Assembly: GCA_028714495.1 (NCBI GenBank)
Contig: JAQTMH010000001.1
Span: forward strand, 245,036 to 309,035
Origin: Patescibacteria group bacterium
GTDB lineage: Bacteria; Patescibacteriota; Patescibacteriia; JAHIZJ01
DNA length: 64,000 nt
Direction: 5' to 3'
The notes under the pieces were generated by a model. That model had not been told where the DNA came from and did no database searches. It was given only the letters and a program-made list of their open reading frames with translations. Below, piece after piece: positions 49,487-58,240 of this stretch (its first letter is position 1; every line of letters starts with the position of its first letter). A program made the translations under genes and the position numbers.

Positions 49487-49731
49487 ATTGTAATGAATGT
49501 TGATATGGTCCCATATTGCAAGACAATCATGCCCTTCATCAATGGGTGAATTCCACAATTATAGTCATATGTGCCCGAAGCCGAGAAAATGGATTTACTG
49601 ACTTAATTTTACATAGATGCTTGGCCAGTCAAATATATTCTAGCCGAACAAATACCGAACAGACAATTATTCCCTATTTTAAACCAAAAGGGTTGATTTT
49701 TATTTAATTTTTATTATAATCAAATGTACGT

Positions 49732-49807
49732 GGGCCTGTAGCTCATCTGGTAGAGCGCTTCCATGGCATGGAAGAGGTAAGGGGTTCGAGTCCCCTCAGG
49801 TCCACCA
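49732..49807 (+). tRNA. tRNA-Ala (anticodon GGC), CCA encoded
   Basis: GGGCCTG/CAGGTCC acceptor with G3:U70. Anticodon loop ATGGCAT. T-loop TTCGAGT. Confidence 0.9.
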
Positions 49808-49859
49808 AATTTAATTCCGATAACTACTTGCAATCAAAAATATATATCATGCCAATTAT

Positions 49860-50909
49860 ATGTTCAATGAAAATAAATTTTATTTGAATAAAGAGAGGAC
49901 TTCCCCAGACGCGGAAGAACAAGAAAGGATAAGAACGTCAAAAGAGGCTGTCAACGAAGTCATCGAGGAACGCGCACAATCTGTCCGCGAACGGTCAGTT
50001 GAATTTTCCCCAGAAATGGAAAGGTTTATTGCCGAAGCAAGGACCTGGCACGAAGAACGATTTCGTAAATTAGGCATAGATTGTATCACTTGGGGAAAGA
50101 ATTTTTTTAAAGTTCGTGAAGTCGAGGGTGGAACTTCCGGAAGTTCCGGATTAGGAATAAATCAGATTAAAGATTTAAGCACTGAAAGGCTTATGCCTAT
50201 TTCAATAGAGGAAGCAACGCGGCAAAACCAATTTCTTCCCATCGAAGTGCCGGATGAAATCCTTTCTGGAATTCCAAAAGGAGAGGCGGCAAGACAACTA
50301 CGCAATTACGTTGAGGCGTTGTTCATCGCTCACGAACTTTATCACGACGCGGCTCCAACATCAGTTTTATTCAAAACAGAAACCGATGAGACCACTGGGG
50401 AAAAATATCACGTAGCCGATTCGTTACCCTATGATCGGCATGGCGTACGTTATATTCGGCGCACTGAACACAGCGCTCCTCCGGCCGTTGAAGAGGGTTT
50501 AGCCATGACTATACAAAAACAAAGTGAGGGTTTTGCCGCTCAGCATTTTCCTGAAGGCGCCCGTATTTACCAGAAGCTATTGGATTATGTAGTAAGCAAT
50601 GATCCGAGGTTGAAAGATTATGACAGATCTCTTTTAAGTATCAGAAATTTTGATGGACATAATGTCAGGTATGGTCCGATGCAATACCTGGATGGATATA
50701 TTCTTACGACATTTTTATCTCGGCAAATTCCAAAATTTTTCGAAATAATTGAGCAAGCACGGATTAATGGAAAAGTCTTACCGCTTGCTCGCGCTGTTGA
50801 AAATAAATTTGGAAGAGGAAGTTATAAAAGGATTTTTACTGCTGGAGAAGATGAAGCACTCAATGTTTTAGAAGAGATAAGAGAGAAAGTAGACTCAAAG
50901 CAAAAATAA
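49860..50909 (+). CDS. hypothetical protein (349 aa, AT-rich)
   Basis: Long ORF followed by a hairpin/T-run at 50914-50946. Confidence 0.5.
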   Translation: MFNENKFYLNKERTSPDAEEQERIRTSKEAVNEVIEERAQSVRERSVEFSPEMERFIAEARTWHEERFRKLGIDCITWGKNFFKVREVEGGTSGSSGLGINQIKDLSTERLMPISIEEATRQNQFLPIEVPDEILSGIPKGEAARQLRNYVEALFIAHELYHDAAPTSVLFKTETDETTGEKYHVADSLPYDRHGVRYIRRTEHSAPPAVEEGLAMTIQKQSEGFAAQHFPEGARIYQKLLDYVVSNDPRLKDYDRSLLSIRNFDGHNVRYGPMQYLDGYILTTFLSRQIPKFFEIIEQARINGKVLPLARAVENKFGRGSYKRIFTAGEDEALNVLEEIREKVDSKQK

Positions 50910-50953
50910 CAAAAAACAGCCCTCTAAAAAGAAAGCTGTTTTTTTATTATTAG

Positions 50954-51664
50954 CTACATCTGCTGATTGTCTTTTCTATCAGTCACATCCCGGTGTATTT
51001 TTTCCAACACGTCTTTTGCCTTTTCCCGGCCGCCTAGACCAAAGGCCAATCCGCCAGCTAATGCCAGCATGGCGACTAAGCCGGTGAATAGGGTCTCCAG
51101 CAAGTTTGCCGCGACTTTTAATTGAACCAACGCTGCTAAAATGCTGAAAATCAGTATTGCCCATTTAGCCACACTAGCTAGGAAATTAGCTGATAATAGG
51201 CCAGCTGCTTCGACCGACTTTCTTACAATGCTTTGCGCAAAATTTGCGAAAACAACGCCTAAAAGCAGTATAATCACAGCCACAATAACATTTGGCAGAT
51301 AGGACACAACGCCATCTAGAAACTCAGTCACTTGCTGGAGATTTAATACTTCAGAAGCAGAAACAATAAAAACGATAAACAAGAACCATTTCACCAGAAA
51401 ACCGCCGCCTTTGGCTATGTTTAGCTTAATTCCTGCTTTTTCAAACCCATCTTTAATGCCTAGTTTTTTCAAGGCATTATCAATCCAAACAATCTTTAAA
51501 ATCCTGACAACCAGCTTCTCAACCAGAATCGCGATGTACCAGCCAATGATCAGAATTAATATTGCGCCGATTAAATTTGGGAGAAAATTAATGACCCCTC
51601 TCCAAATATCCTGAAGTGAAGACATTAATACATCCCCCCAATCATTTACTGTCATTTTTCTCAC
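50954..51664 (-). CDS. membrane protein with repeated TM-helix modules (mechanosensitive-channel-like), hypothetical
   Basis: Four or five TM helices. Ends in a charged tail. Function uncertain. Confidence 0.45.
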   Translation of the reverse strand: MRKMTVNDWGDVLMSSLQDIWRGVINFLPNLIGAILILIIGWYIAILVEKLVVRILKIVWIDNALKKLGIKDGFEKAGIKLNIAKGGGFLVKWFLFIVFIVSASEVLNLQQVTEFLDGVVSYLPNVIVAVIILLLGVVFANFAQSIVRKSVEAAGLLSANFLASVAKWAILIFSILAALVQLKVAANLLETLFTGLVAMLALAGGLAFGLGGREKAKDVLEKIHRDVTDRKDNQQM

Positions 51665-51769
51665 CTCCTTTCTTTTGGCTAATGTTAGCCATTTAAATTG
51701 TTTTTATAAACACAATATTCACATTATTTAAAGATCTAATTCTTGACAATAAACTACATTTTGCTAGTT

Positions 51770-52090
51770 TATATAGGCGAGATATTCCTTGTCCGGTGGT
51801 TCGTTCTTCCTTGTCAGGTGCCAACGAGTTACCTGACTAAGGTCCTTGGAATTGCGCGGCTACCCGGAAGATATGGGAGGGTGCACCTGGTCTTTCTGGG
51901 GAAACTAGTGCCAAGCACTCGAATGAGCTTGACGTTAATGGTCACTCCAACCTCTCTCGCTCAAGGTAAGTGCTCCAGGCGAAAAAAATCGGACGCAAGA
52001 ACCAACCAAATCGCAGGAAACTGCCACCACTGCCGCTCCTTAGACAAGGAGTCATTCTCGCACACGGGATAGAGCTCTGCTCGATTCCCG
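51770..52090 (+). ncRNA. candidate ~320-nt non-coding RNA of unknown family
   Basis: Exact -35 TTGACA at 51733-51738 with an AT-rich -10 region (TTTATA/TATATA) about 19-21 bp downstream. Strong intrinsic terminator at 52055-52090. Internal stems such as GTGCcaaGCAC. The overlapping 109-aa ORF has no RBS. Confidence 0.3.
52055..52090 (+). terminator. intrinsic terminator
   Basis: CGGGA-tagagctctgctcgat-TCCCG followed by TCTTTTTTTT. Confidence 0.6.
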
Positions 52091-52113
52091 TCTTTTTTTT
52101 GCTTATTTTAGCA

Positions 52114-52127
52114 ATTTTTCAATGTTC
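52114..52127. promoter_or_regulatory. perfect 14-bp palindrome GTTCCACGTGGAAC (copy 1 of 3)
   Basis: Exact dyad. Copies at 52825-52838 (one mismatch) and 53125-53138. Each lies 50-90 bp 5' (on the minus strand) of an RNA-gene cluster. Confidence 0.5.
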
Positions 52128-52181
52128 CACGTGGAACAACCGACCAATCAACCAATTTACCAATTAACTAGCTTTGGTGCC

Positions 52182-52770
52182 TTTCCGCAACCCGCCTGAC
52201 AAAGCGTGGTGGAGACACGGGGAGTCACCGCCATAGGCGCCTGCCCGACGGCTGGCGGGGGTCCGCCTTATCTATAATTTTTTATTTAGTTGTGGCGGAG
52301 AACTCTCCTAATCTCTTCCATTTCCCCGTATTCGAAGTGTAAGCATCAAGGCGTGCCAAGTAAAAATTATGGTTTTTTGGTCTGTACTTGGTGGGCCTAG
52401 GCGGCCCCGGACTCGGATCCGGGGGAACCGCTGTTTCCACAATGCGAATGCGGGGTCTCGCCTGCTTACCTATGCTTGGTGGAGATGGGGGGACTCGGAC
52501 CCCCTACCTCAGTCCCGCAACCGGGTGGAACCGTGCCCCGCCGCATGGCGGGGCGACCTCCGCAACCCGCCTGCCAAAGCGTGGTGGAGACAGGGGGAGT
52601 CGAACCCCCGACCTTCGCAATGCGAATGCGACGCTCTACCAACTGAGCTATGTCCCCACCACGCGGCGGGCAGGTGCGAATGCGGCGCTCTACCAACTGA
52701 GCTAACGGCCCACCCTGGTGCGGGACGAATGCTGCGCTCTACCAGATGAGCTACATCCCCATCAAGCATA
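52182..52770 (-). repeat. array of tRNA-Ala-derived fragments (5' halves and CCA-ended 3' pieces) surrounding the intact tRNA-Ala(CGC)
   Basis: On the minus strand: GGGGATGTAGCTCATCTGGTAGAGCGCAGCATTCG...CACCA; GGGCCGTTAGCTCAGTTGGTAGAGCGCCGCATTCGCA...; the intact tRNA; then GGTAGGGGGTCCGAGTCCCCCCATCTCCACCA, ...CCGAGTCCGGGGCCGCCTAGGCCCACCA and GACTCCCCGTGTCTCCACCA. The overlapping six-frame ORFs here are artefacts. Confidence 0.6.
52582..52657 (-). tRNA. tRNA-Ala (anticodon CGC), CCA encoded
   Basis: Minus strand GGGGACAtaGCTCagttggtaGAGCgTCGCAttcgcatTGCGAaggtcGGGGGttcgactCCCCCTGTCTCCacca. G3:U70 present. Confidence 0.85.
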
Positions 52771-52824
52771 GGCGGGCAGGTCTTACCGCTGGACCATAGG
52801 CCCTAATATTAGCTAATTTTCGAT

Positions 52825-52838
52825 GTTCCACATGGAAC
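52825..52838. promoter_or_regulatory. palindrome GTTCCACATGGAAC (copy 2)
   Basis: Lies 56 bp on the 5' side (minus strand) of the tRNA-Ala fragment array. Confidence 0.45.
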
Positions 52839-52980
52839 AAATATTCCGTCCAACAATTAACCAATCAACTTATAGGCCAATTTCTATAAACAATCTGCTG
52901 ACCTTTGAGGACCCGGACTCTGAACCGGGGGAACCACCATCTCAACCATAGAATAGGTTAGTCTTGCCTGCCCTTGCCCG

Positions 52981-53052
52981 TGCCCCCACCATGAATCGAA
53001 CATGGATCCAGGGCTTAGGAGTCCCTTGTTCTATCCGTTGAACTATGGGGGC
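52981..53052 (-). tRNA. tRNA-Arg (anticodon CCU), CCA not encoded
   Basis: Minus strand GCCCCCAtaGTTCaacggataGAACaAGGGActcctaaGCCCTggatCCATGttcgattCATGGTGGGGGCa. A31-G39 mismatch at the base of the anticodon stem. Confidence 0.75.
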
Positions 53053-53124
53053 ATAGGCTAGGGTAGGCATAATTAACCATTGCTAATCTGTTCTTTTATC
53101 TAATATTAGCAATATAACATATAT

Positions 53125-53138
53125 GTTCCACGTGGAAC
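53125..53138. promoter_or_regulatory. palindrome GTTCCACGTGGAAC (copy 3)
   Basis: Lies ~73 bp 5' (minus strand) of tRNA-Arg(CCU). TTGTTC-N17-TTATAT promoter-like spacing overlaps it on the minus strand. Confidence 0.45.
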
Positions 53139-53195
53139 AATATTTTCACTATTTATTATTTTTGCTTGTACTAGCATTAATTATGCGTCGTAAAA

Positions 53196-53414
53196 CTATA
53201 TAATAGCATTAAAAACATTTTCTGATAAATTAGTAATAAAGTCCTGTTTCACCTCAAAATAGTATAAAATACCCAAGCCAGCGAATATTATAATACAAAT
53301 AATTAATATTGTCAATAAATCCCTTTTCAAAATGTTTACCGGCTTTTTTTCTTTGGTTGGTTCATTGACTAATTCTGGCTGTTGAATAGGTTGGCTCTGA
53401 TCCTGGTTGCTCAT
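53196..53414 (-). CDS. small membrane protein (72 aa), hypothetical
   Basis: GGGAG RBS upstream. Single TM helix 'LLTILIICIIIFAGLGILYYF'. Confidence 0.35.
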   Translation of the reverse strand: MSNQDQSQPIQQPELVNEPTKEKKPVNILKRDLLTILIICIIIFAGLGILYYFEVKQDFITNLSENVFNAII

Positions 53415-53510
53415 AAATCTCCCATTAGTTAATTGTTACGAGTTCAGTGTATCTTATTTTTACCTTTTCTCAAAAGATTTCTTTGACAAAGTGAGCAAAA
53501 AAAACCTACT

Positions 53511-53954
53511 ATGGGAGTAGACTACCTATTAACTTATACAAACATGTTTACCAAAGACAACAAAACCGACTCCGAAACCGAAACCATCATCGGCCAATCA
53601 GTCCGGGTTGAGGGAAATTTCACCAGCCAAGGCAATATTGTAGTCGAGGGGGGCGTTGCCGGCACTCTTAAAACCAGCGGCAATTTGAGAATCGGGCCAA
53701 ACGCCAAACTCAAAGCCGACGTTCAGGCTAAGAGCATTTTTACCTCTGGTGAAATTCGCGGTAATAACATCATCGCCTCGGAAAAAATCGAAATGACAAA
53801 AACCGCGAAAATTTTCGGCAACGTGCAGGCCCCTACCATTTCCATGGAGGCGGGCGCCATTTTAAACGGTAAAGTCAATATGTCGGCGGCACCTGAAGTC
53901 GTCGACGCCAGTTTGCCCTTGCCGGAGAAAAAGGAGCGGAAGAACAATAAATAA
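53511..53954 (+). CDS. bactofilin-family cytoskeletal protein
   Basis: Repetitive beta-helix pattern 'VEGNFTSQGNIVVEGGVAGTLKTSGNLRIGPNAKLKADVQAKSIFTSGEIRGN', typical of DUF583/bactofilin. Confidence 0.7.
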   Translation: MGVDYLLTYTNMFTKDNKTDSETETIIGQSVRVEGNFTSQGNIVVEGGVAGTLKTSGNLRIGPNAKLKADVQAKSIFTSGEIRGNNIIASEKIEMTKTAKIFGNVQAPTISMEAGAILNGKVNMSAAPEVVDASLPLPEKKERKNNK

Positions 53955-53961
53955 TTTTTTC

Positions 53962-54735
53962 ATGTACGTTTATCTGTACGATACGTTTGTTGCTGAACCA
54001 AAATGGCAAAGCCAAATAGCCCGGATAGAAAATCGGCTGACTGATTTGGGTATTGCCGGAAGAATCTGCCGTCTCTCGATTTTGACCAGTCTCGAGGAAA
54101 TAATTACCGAAGCGATAAAAAAAGGCGCTGATACGATTGTGGCGGTCGGGAACGACAACACGGTCAGAAAAGTTATTCCGCTGGTGGCCAGCCAAACAGT
54201 CAGTTTCGGTATCATCCCGGTCGGGGGACCGAGCCGGCTGGCTGAACTTCTCGGAATACCCGAAGGTGAAAAAGCCTGCGACGTTCTTTCGGCCCGAGTA
54301 GTCGAGCGCCTCGATCTAGGCAAAGTAAACGAACAATATTTCTTAACTCAGCTGGAAATCCCCTTTGGCGATCTTGAGCTTTCACTCGACAACCAATACA
54401 CGGTGAGACCGTTAAACCCAGAACAGAGCATCACCATTTATAACCTGGGCATTTTTTCACCTAAAAATTCACCTGAAAATTATAAAAGCAACCCGCGCGA
54501 TGGTCTTCTGGAGCTGGTTGTTTCAGGCGGCGCTTCAGGCGGACTGGGACATTGGTTCAAAAAGGGCGAAGAGCACAACAGCGTTTTTTCCCTGCGGACC
54601 GCCCGAATCAACTGCCCGCAAACCAGCCAACAGTCGGTCATTGCCGACGGCTATACCGTAGTCAATACGCCAGTCAAGATCGCGGTGGCACCTAAAAGAT
54701 TGAAGGTGGTGGTAGGAAAAAACCGAGCTTTTTAA
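53962..54735 (+). CDS. YegS/DAGK-catalytic-domain lipid kinase-like protein
   Basis: 'DTIVAVGNDNTVRKV' is a GGDGT-like motif. ~260 aa size matches the family. Confidence 0.55.
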   Translation: MYVYLYDTFVAEPKWQSQIARIENRLTDLGIAGRICRLSILTSLEEIITEAIKKGADTIVAVGNDNTVRKVIPLVASQTVSFGIIPVGGPSRLAELLGIPEGEKACDVLSARVVERLDLGKVNEQYFLTQLEIPFGDLELSLDNQYTVRPLNPEQSITIYNLGIFSPKNSPENYKSNPRDGLLELVVSGGASGGLGHWFKKGEEHNSVFSLRTARINCPQTSQQSVIADGYTVVNTPVKIAVAPKRLKVVVGKNRAF

Positions 54736-54879
54736 ATGTGGGCGTCAATCAAGAACCTTTGAAAAGGTCTTTTTTATTGACAACTTTTACCAAAGTAGCT
54801 AAGGTTCAGTTGTTGAAATTACGCGTCAGTGGCCACTTCAGGAGGCAGTTAAAACGTTCGTTCACAAAGGGAGGGGGAA

Positions 54880-56001
54880 ATGGATTCACGCTACGAAAAG
54901 CTAGCCCAGGTGCTCGTTCGCCATTCCACGAAGGTGCGGAAGGGTGATCGGGTGTTACTCATGACAGATGTATCAACACCACATGACATGAATCTCGCGG
55001 TCATCCAGGCGGTGCGTGATGCGGGAGGCGTGTGTCTTGAGCCGTATATCATGGATCAGCGACTGCAAGCGGCCGCGCGAATCGGCTGCACTGCTAGGCA
55101 GCTTCGCGTGGACGCGGCCGCGCAGCTCGTCCGGTATCTCGGTGCCGCCGTGCGGATCGCTATTCGGGGGTACATGAATCCGCTTGAGATCGGAGATGTA
55201 CCACCTGAAGATTCCCAACGGTATAGTCGGGAATACCTCAACATCGTCATGGACGAAGGCGTCGAGGGGACACGGTGGGTTCTGACGGAATGGCCAACAC
55301 CAGGCTTTGCCGTTCTCGCGAACATGTCCACGACTGGAGCAGAGCAGTTCTTCTTCGAGGCTGTATTCGCGGACTATCCCGCGATGACTCGCGCTGCCCA
55401 ACCCCTTCGGCATCTCATGGAGCGGACCAAGCAGGTCCGCATTGTGGGGCCGAAGAGAACCGACCTCACCTTTAGCATCGAAGGTGTCCCGGTTGTTCCG
55501 TGCATTGGGAAGAAGAACATCCCGGACGGAGAGATGTACACGGCACCGGTTCTCAATTCCGTGAACGGTGTGATCGAGTTCAATACCGTTTCCATCACGC
55601 GCGAAGGAGAGCGTTTCAGCGGCATTGGGTTTGAGGTGAAAGATGGGGTGATCGTCCGCGAGTGGTGCGAAACCGGCGATTCCGACCGTCTTAGCAAGAG
55701 ACTCGATACTGATGAGGGTGCTCGTCGGTTTGGAGAGTTCTCTCTCGGGCTCAACTGGGATGTGACGCGGACGATTGGCGACACGCTTTTCGACGAAAAG
55801 GTCGGCGGGTCGTTCCATCTCACTCCGGGGAGATCATACGATGATGCCCCAAACGGGAACTCGAGCGCGACTCACTGGGATCTCGTCTGCGATCAGCGCG
55901 AGGGATTCGGCGGAGGTGATATCTACTTCGACGGCAGGCTCGTTCGCAAGAATGGCCTTTTCGTTCCCAAGGTCTTGGCAAACCTGAATCCCAGAGCATA
56001 G
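54880..56001 (+). CDS. aminopeptidase, M29 (AmpS/PepS) family (high-GC islet)
   Basis: Size and N-terminal pattern 'YEKLAQVLVRHSTKVRKGDRVLLMTD'. Call is by general resemblance. Confidence 0.55.
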   Translation: MDSRYEKLAQVLVRHSTKVRKGDRVLLMTDVSTPHDMNLAVIQAVRDAGGVCLEPYIMDQRLQAAARIGCTARQLRVDAAAQLVRYLGAAVRIAIRGYMNPLEIGDVPPEDSQRYSREYLNIVMDEGVEGTRWVLTEWPTPGFAVLANMSTTGAEQFFFEAVFADYPAMTRAAQPLRHLMERTKQVRIVGPKRTDLTFSIEGVPVVPCIGKKNIPDGEMYTAPVLNSVNGVIEFNTVSITREGERFSGIGFEVKDGVIVREWCETGDSDRLSKRLDTDEGARRFGEFSLGLNWDVTRTIGDTLFDEKVGGSFHLTPGRSYDDAPNGNSSATHWDLVCDQREGFGGGDIYFDGRLVRKNGLFVPKVLANLNPRA

Positions 56002-56052
56002 GGGGATCAATCGTTCACTTGACCCGGCGTTACTACGCGCCGGGCTTTTTTA

Positions 56053-57891
56053 TTGACAGAAAAGGTGATACTCTGTAGAATATATGGAAGCTCAATTGCT
56101 ATGACTGAACCTAAACTCAAAAAAATCGAAATACCGTCCAGGATAGTGGTGCGCGAGCTGGCTGAAAAACTTGGCCGGCCGGTGACTGACATTATCTCCC
56201 AGCTCATGCACAGCGGAGTAATGTCTTCGCTCAATGAACTGATTGATTTTGATACTGCCGCGATCGTGGCGGGTGATTTAGGTTTTGAGCTGGTGCTTAA
56301 AGAGGGTGAGGACGATGAAAAGACTAGCGTTGAAAGTCTGGTTAGTACTGAAGCTAAAGAGAATTTAAAGCCTCGGCCGCCGGTTGTAGTAGTGATGGGC
56401 CATGTCGATCATGGCAAAACCAAACTACTTGACGCCATCCGTCAGACAAACGTGGTTGACCAGGAAGCTGGCGGCATAACCCAGCACATCAGTTCATACC
56501 AGGTGACAGAACGAGACCGGATTATCACTTTCATCGACACCCCCGGCCACGAAGCCTTCACAGCGATGCGCTCGCGCGGCGCCCGAGTAGCTGATTTGGC
56601 GATTCTGGTTGTAGCGGCTGATGACGGGGTCAAGCCGCAAACCGTGGAAGCTATAAAAATTATCGAGGAGGCGCGGATTCCGATGATCGTGGCTATAAAT
56701 AAGGTTGACTTGCCAAGCGCGAATCCTGACCGGATCAAACAACAACTGGCTGAAAAAAACGTGCTGGTCGAGGATTGGAGTGGAAAGGTTCCGGTGATCA
56801 ATGTGTCAGCCAAGAATAAGACTGGCATAACCGAGCTTCTTGATCTGATTCTGCTGGTAACCGACATGCATCAAGGCGAAATCATGGCTAATCCAAACCG
56901 CGAGGCAATCGGTACCGTAATTGAATCCCACATTGATAAAGGCATTGGTCCGGTGGCCGTGGTGGTTATTCAAACCGGCACCTTGCGAATCGGCGACCTG
57001 ATAACCGTAGGCGGAACAGGCGGTGGCAAGGTCCGGGTGATGCACGACTTCCTCGGCCGGAATGTCCTCGAGGCAATTCCCTCCCAGCCGGTCGAAATAT
57101 GTGGTTTAAAAACCGCCTCAAAAGTTGGCGATATTCTCACGGTCATCGATAAAAAAGAGCTGGCTAAGATAAGAAAACAAAAAATCTACAAGCCCTCCAC
57201 GCCCACGGTTCATCTGATAAAAAAAGAGGTGGAAGAACAGAAAGCCGCCGGCGGTGAAAAGAAAGAAATAAAAAAATTCAACCTCGTGCTCAAAGCCGAT
57301 ACTCTGGGCTCGCTCGAGGCGATTATCAATTCCTTGCAAAAGATAAAATGCGAAGAGATTTCAGTGAACGTTGTGGCTAAAGGATTGGGTAATATTACCG
57401 AAGCTGACGTCTTGAGAGCCACGACTTCTCAAGCCGAGCTTTATGGATTTCACGTGGCCGTGACACCGTCAGCTGAAGAAGTGGCCAAGGGCCAAAAATT
57501 TACCATTCAGACTTTTACGATAATCTATGATCTAATAAATGCCGTGCTGGCCGAGCTGGAAAAGCTTCTGGAGCCGGAGATTATTCATACGACCCTGGGT
57601 GAATTGAAGGTTCTGGCTGTCTTCCGAGTCAAGCTTCCGACTATTATCTCTGGCGGCCGGATCACTTCCGGGAAATTTACGACTGGCGCCCGGGTAAAAA
57701 TAATCCGCCAGGGCCAGGAAGTGGGTTCGGGCAAAATCGAACAGCTTCAAATCAACAAGCAGGGGGTGGCTGAAGCGCCGGCCGGCCGCGAAATCGGGAT
57801 GAAAATAAACAGCCGGCAGCCTATTGAAGTCGGCGATACCATTCAGGCCTTTAGCGAAGAGGTGAAGCAAAAAAAACTTATTCTCGAATAA
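56053..57891 (+). CDS. infB: translation initiation factor IF-2 (short form)
   Basis: 'VVVMGHVDHGKTKLLD', 'DTPGHEAF' and 'NKVD' GTPase motifs. Likely start MTEPKLKK at ~56100. Confidence 0.9.
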   Translation: MTEKVILCRIYGSSIAMTEPKLKKIEIPSRIVVRELAEKLGRPVTDIISQLMHSGVMSSLNELIDFDTAAIVAGDLGFELVLKEGEDDEKTSVESLVSTEAKENLKPRPPVVVVMGHVDHGKTKLLDAIRQTNVVDQEAGGITQHISSYQVTERDRIITFIDTPGHEAFTAMRSRGARVADLAILVVAADDGVKPQTVEAIKIIEEARIPMIVAINKVDLPSANPDRIKQQLAEKNVLVEDWSGKVPVINVSAKNKTGITELLDLILLVTDMHQGEIMANPNREAIGTVIESHIDKGIGPVAVVVIQTGTLRIGDLITVGGTGGGKVRVMHDFLGRNVLEAIPSQPVEICGLKTASKVGDILTVIDKKELAKIRKQKIYKPSTPTVHLIKKEVEEQKAAGGEKKEIKKFNLVLKADTLGSLEAIINSLQKIKCEEISVNVVAKGLGNITEADVLRATTSQAELYGFHVAVTPSAEEVAKGQKFTIQTFTIIYDLINAVLAELEKLLEPEIIHTTLGELKVLAVFRVKLPTIISGGRITSGKFTTGARVKIIRQGQEVGSGKIEQLQINKQGVAEAPAGREIGMKINSRQPIEVGDTIQAFSEEVKQKKLILE

Positions 57892-57892
57892 C

Positions 57893-58240
57893 GTGTCCGC
57901 CAAACGCTTGGCTCAAGTTAATGAACTTATCCGGCAGGAGCTTTCACTAATCCTGAACCGCGAGCTTGATTTTCCAGCTGGCTGTCTGGTCACGGTTAGC
58001 GGGGTCAAAGTTTCGGTTGATCTCGAACACGCCAGCGTCTATGTAAAAATATATCCGACTGCCCATACCCAGGCAGCTTGGCATATCCTGATTCACCGGC
58101 TTAAGGAAATTCAAACTTTGCTTAATCGAAAGCTGGTCATGAGATTCGTGCCAAAAATTTTTTTTCGGCTTGACGCTTCGGAAGAAAAAGCGGACCACAT
58201 CGAAAGACTAATTGACCAACTCCACAAAAACAATGGTTGA
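57893..58240 (+). CDS. rbfA: ribosome-binding factor A
   Basis: 115 aa. Directly downstream of infB as in many bacteria. KH-like RbfA pattern. Confidence 0.75.
   Translation: MSAKRLAQVNELIRQELSLILNRELDFPAGCLVTVSGVKVSVDLEHASVYVKIYPTAHTQAAWHILIHRLKEIQTLLNRKLVMRFVPKIFFRLDASEEKADHIERLIDQLHKNNG

Noticed and set aside
51743-52072. 109-aa ORF (MTINYILLVYIGEIF...) as a protein gene
   Set aside because: No Shine-Dalgarno. The start is embedded in a promoter-like AT-rich box. The product has odd composition (Cys/His/Arg-rich tail). The region is bounded by a promoter and terminator consistent with a non-coding transcript.
52369-52769. Four overlapping ORFs in the six-frame track (52369..52749 +, 52388..52705 +, 52466..52696 -, 52509..52769 -)
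   Set aside because: All lie over the GC-rich tRNA/tRNA-fragment array. Open frames here are an artefact of stop-codon-poor structured RNA sequence.
52388-52770. tmRNA (ssrA) on the minus strand, suggested by GGGGATG 5' end and a GGGGGTCCGAGTCCCCCCATCTCCACCA 3' end
   Set aside because: The interior contains canonical tRNA D-arms and a complete tRNA-Ala(CGC), not tmRNA pseudoknots or a tag ORF. Better explained as an array of tRNA-derived fragments.
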